From Phycisphaerae bacterium (GTDB lineage: Bacteria > Planctomycetota > Phycisphaerae > Sedimentisphaerales > UBA12454), in assembly GCA_026386845.1 (NCBI GenBank), contig JAPLMW010000028.1:68729-127633 (forward strand): a DNA stretch of 58,905 bases, given 5' to 3'. The notes under the pieces are model-generated. The model was not told the DNA's origin, ran no database searches, and saw only the letters and a list, made by a program, of their open reading frames with translations. This document shows, one piece after another, positions 56,205-58,905 of this stretch; position 1 is the stretch's first letter; each line of letters begins with the position of its first letter. A program made the position numbers and the translations under genes.

Positions 56205-58691
56205 CTATTTAAGATGTGTATCGAAGAATTTTATAACCATAGGTCGCAGGTCATAACCGTTTGGCTGAAGGTCAAAAGTATGCCCTAATCCTGACAGAAG
56301 ATGAAGTTCACTTGGAACATTATTTTCTCTGAGTTTCTGGTCGAATTCGATGGACTGATTGTAATCTGCAGTTGTATCTTTTGTGCCATGCAGAATTAAA
56401 AATGGCGGGGCATTTTTACTTATATGACTGACAGGGGAAACCTTTTTCCATAATTCCGGACATTCATTGCGACCGCATCCAAGTACCGTAGGTGTTGCAC
56501 CGTCTTTCAGTACTCCATTTGGTTCGCCTGTAGGTGAAGTCTCCCGTCGCGTCAGCAGATTTGAGACGCCATACATATCAACAACAGCCTTAACGCGTGT
56601 TGAAACACCTGTGTAAGGCTGAACAGGGTCAAATTCCGGGTCATCTCCCGTGAGTCCGACCATTGCGGCAAGATATCCGCCCGCCGAGCCGCCAATGACA
56701 CCTATGGAATTGGCATCGATATTATATTTATTTGAATTTACACGAAGAAATCGCACTGCGATTTTACAATCATACAGATGTTGGGGCCAACTCTTCGGTC
56801 CCAATTTATAATTTATACTGGCGCAGACAAATCCAGCCTTTGCAAGAGTTGTGGCGATATTTATCTCACGATTACGAACTTTGTCTCCTTCTACCAGTCC
56901 GCCGCCGTGAATTATAATAACAGCAGGCAGTTTTTTCGTCACAGGTTGTGCGGGATAGTATAAGTCAAGCTTTTCTTTGCGATCTGCGCCAAGATAGTCC
57001 ATATCCTTTATTACTTTGACTTCAACAGGAAGTCCATTGGCATCTTGACGTATCTGTGCTGCTGTATTGGCATCTTTTTCCTGTGCGGTTGTTGAAGATG
57101 CTGCAGTTGCCGGGTTATCAAGCATATTGGAATCTACCCAGTCATCTGTCCTGAATGGCAGAGCAGGCAAACCTTCTTTGTTATAAAGACTGCATTGCGG
57201 ATATCTATTCCAGGCATATCTTACAGCGACTGGCTTAGCAACTTTCGGACTGGAAACTATAATCCTATGTCCGTCCAATGTGGCATTCGCCGGAACAAAA
57301 TTTTTATCTTGACCGGCAATTTGAAATCCGGTTGCCGGCAAATTCCGAAATTCGAGCCCGGTGCCGATATGCGTAAATTCAAGCACAGCGTTGCCGTCAT
57401 TGATATCCATCCGTTTGAAAACAGGGCCGGAATATTCAATTTTTTCACCATATACCAATGCCCGTGCAACAACAGCAAGTCTTGCTCCAACCTCCTGCTT
57501 TCGCGGCGGATGTATGTCATTAGGTTCGCCTAAATCAATCGCAGATGCCATGCCGGTATTTGGTACAGAAATCGCCATTGCCTGTGATTCCCTCAGTAAA
57601 GGCCATTTGTTTGCCTTGTCGTTGTCGAAACCGGCATATTGCACAAACAAGAATGGGAAATCTCCCTGACCCCAGTCACCTCGCCAATTTCTGATCAGGG
57701 CGGGAAAGAGTTTTCGGTATATAAGCCATCTGCCCGAGTCAGACTCGCCCTGATACCATATAACACCTTTGATTCCATAAGGCTGTATCGGGGCCACATA
57801 TCGATTATATAGTGCCGAAGGGCGTTTAAAATGATATGGTTCCAAAGGAGCTTTAGGCGGGTCCTCTTTGAATTCATTACCGGATGCTTTCGCCGTTTCC
57901 TGCTTTGTTTTATATATTCCCAACTTCTCTTCATAAACTTTTTTCTCCTGCGGATAATTCGCAACCAGTTCCGCATAAGATTTAAGAATAGGTTCAAAGT
58001 CAGGATCCGACTTGAGGGTTTCCTGACTCATCCATGTAGCCGCGGCAGTACCGCCGACACTGACTTGTATCAATCCAATTGGTATATTGCTGGCTTTTGT
58101 CAATTCTCGAGCAAAAAAATAGGCTACACCTGAAAATTTTGCCGCTGTTTCGGGCGTACATTCCTGCCACTGGCCCTGGCAATTCGTCTGACGCTGATCC
58201 GCAGGCTGACCTGAAACTGAATTCGGACTTATCACCTTGAAAAGGCGAATGTTGGGATTAGCGGCCTTTGCAATCTCTGACGCAGCGTTAGAACATCTGC
58301 TGAGTTCAAACGACATATTTGACTGTCCGCCGCACACCCACACCTCCCCTGCAATAACATTTTTGAAAACGAGCTGATTACTGCCTTGAATTTTCAATTC
58401 GTAAGGTCCACCGGCCTTGGGAGACCTGAGTTTGACGGTCCAGCGGCCATCCTTGCCGGCCGTAGCGATTACTGAGTCTTTGCTCCAGTTTCCCGATACG
58501 GTTACTTTTTCATCATTATCTGCCCAGCCCCAGACAGGAATATTTGCATCCTGCTGAATTACCATATTGTCGCCAAATATCGATGGAACTCTTACCTCGG
58601 CCAAGAGGGGATACGTCGTACATAATAGAAACATTAATCCTATCCAGACCATTCGTGAATAAGAATGACGATATATTCTTTCTATGTTCAT
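56205..58691 (-). CDS. Sialate O-acetylesterase-like (SGNH) domain fused to an HSL-family alpha/beta hydrolase
   Basis: GEVWVCGGQSNM, WYQGESD, DIHP; then IHGGG, GGSAGG, HGTKD, GH catalytic motifs. Confidence 0.87.
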   Translation of the reverse strand: MNIERIYRHSYSRMVWIGLMFLLCTTYPLLAEVRVPSIFGDNMVIQQDANIPVWGWADNDEKVTVSGNWSKDSVIATAGKDGRWTVKLRSPKAGGPYELKIQGSNQLVFKNVIAGEVWVCGGQSNMSFELSRCSNAASEIAKAANPNIRLFKVISPNSVSGQPADQRQTNCQGQWQECTPETAAKFSGVAYFFARELTKASNIPIGLIQVSVGGTAAATWMSQETLKSDPDFEPILKSYAELVANYPQEKKVYEEKLGIYKTKQETAKASGNEFKEDPPKAPLEPYHFKRPSALYNRYVAPIQPYGIKGVIWYQGESDSGRWLIYRKLFPALIRNWRGDWGQGDFPFLFVQYAGFDNDKANKWPLLRESQAMAISVPNTGMASAIDLGEPNDIHPPRKQEVGARLAVVARALVYGEKIEYSGPVFKRMDINDGNAVLEFTHIGTGLEFRNLPATGFQIAGQDKNFVPANATLDGHRIIVSSPKVAKPVAVRYAWNRYPQCSLYNKEGLPALPFRTDDWVDSNMLDNPATAASSTTAQEKDANTAAQIRQDANGLPVEVKVIKDMDYLGADRKEKLDLYYPAQPVTKKLPAVIIIHGGGLVEGDKVRNREINIATTLAKAGFVCASINYKLGPKSWPQHLYDCKIAVRFLRVNSNKYNIDANSIGVIGGSAGGYLAAMVGLTGDDPEFDPVQPYTGVSTRVKAVVDMYGVSNLLTRRETSPTGEPNGVLKDGATPTVLGCGRNECPELWKKVSPVSHISKNAPPFLILHGTKDTTADYNQSIEFDQKLRENNVPSELHLLSGLGHTFDLQPNGYDLRPMVIKFFDTHLK

Positions 58692-58748
58692 AGCACCTTA
58701 GACTCCTTAACTCGCCATGTTGAGGCCTATAAGTCAACGCAATACCAG

Positions 58749-58905
58749 TTATTTGCCAATTTCCACTATCAGGAAAACCAATCCGACAATTCCAAATGCA
58801 ATCACAATTGAAATCAGGAACCCAATAATATCAGTCTTGTCCCATTTGCCGAGCTCCCAGTCTGAATTCGGAAATAGCTTAAGATGATTGAATCGATCCG
58901 GATTC
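58749..58905 (-). CDS. Membrane protein C-terminus, probably an SSS-type symporter (partial)
   Basis: Manual translation NPDRFNHLKLFPNSDWELGKWDKTDIIGFLISIVIAFGIVGLVFLIVEIGK*; terminal TM helix. Confidence 0.5.
   Translation of the reverse strand, partial: NPDRFNHLKLFPNSDWELGKWDKTDIIGFLISIVIAFGIVGLVFLIVEIGK

Noticed and set aside
808-58737. Numerous short ORFs (60-234 aa) antisense to or overlapping long genes in the ORF track
   Set aside because: They are shadows of well-supported genes and show no recognisable motifs

Overview
Bacterial chromosomal window, probably from a planctomycete of the Phycisphaerae/Sedimentisphaerales type (inferred from the dockerin-like tails and PxPNPMTW repeats; not checked by search). 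(1) 1-18774: partial panB, then a nitrogen-assimilation cluster: NifA-like GAF/sigma54 activator, amtB-glnK, type III glutamine synthetase, gltBD, nadE, carB, carA. It carries two clear sigma54 promoters and paired TACA-N4-TGTA boxes at three promoters. (2) 18782-29961: a histidine kinase fused to a CoA-disulfide reductase-rhodanese enzyme, divergent from a GH20-anmK-murQ-SSS amino-sugar recycling operon, then rhlE and an MsbA-like exporter with a PDZ-like insert. (3) 30166-47030: a surface-polysaccharide locus combining CDP-3,6-dideoxyhexose genes with DmpF/DmpG-like and ThDP (YerE-like) enzymes, suggesting a C4-branched higher sugar. (4) 47069-end: a genomic island bounded by a 3' fragment of tRNA-Ala(GGC), with an IS21 remnant and tandem secreted beta-helix enzymes built from shuffled FN3-like and dockerin-like modules. 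Best candidates for undescribed biology: the kinase-persulfide reductase fusion, the nif-less NifA-type regulon with its operator, and the mobile dockerin module. All calls come from reading motifs by eye; no searches were run.
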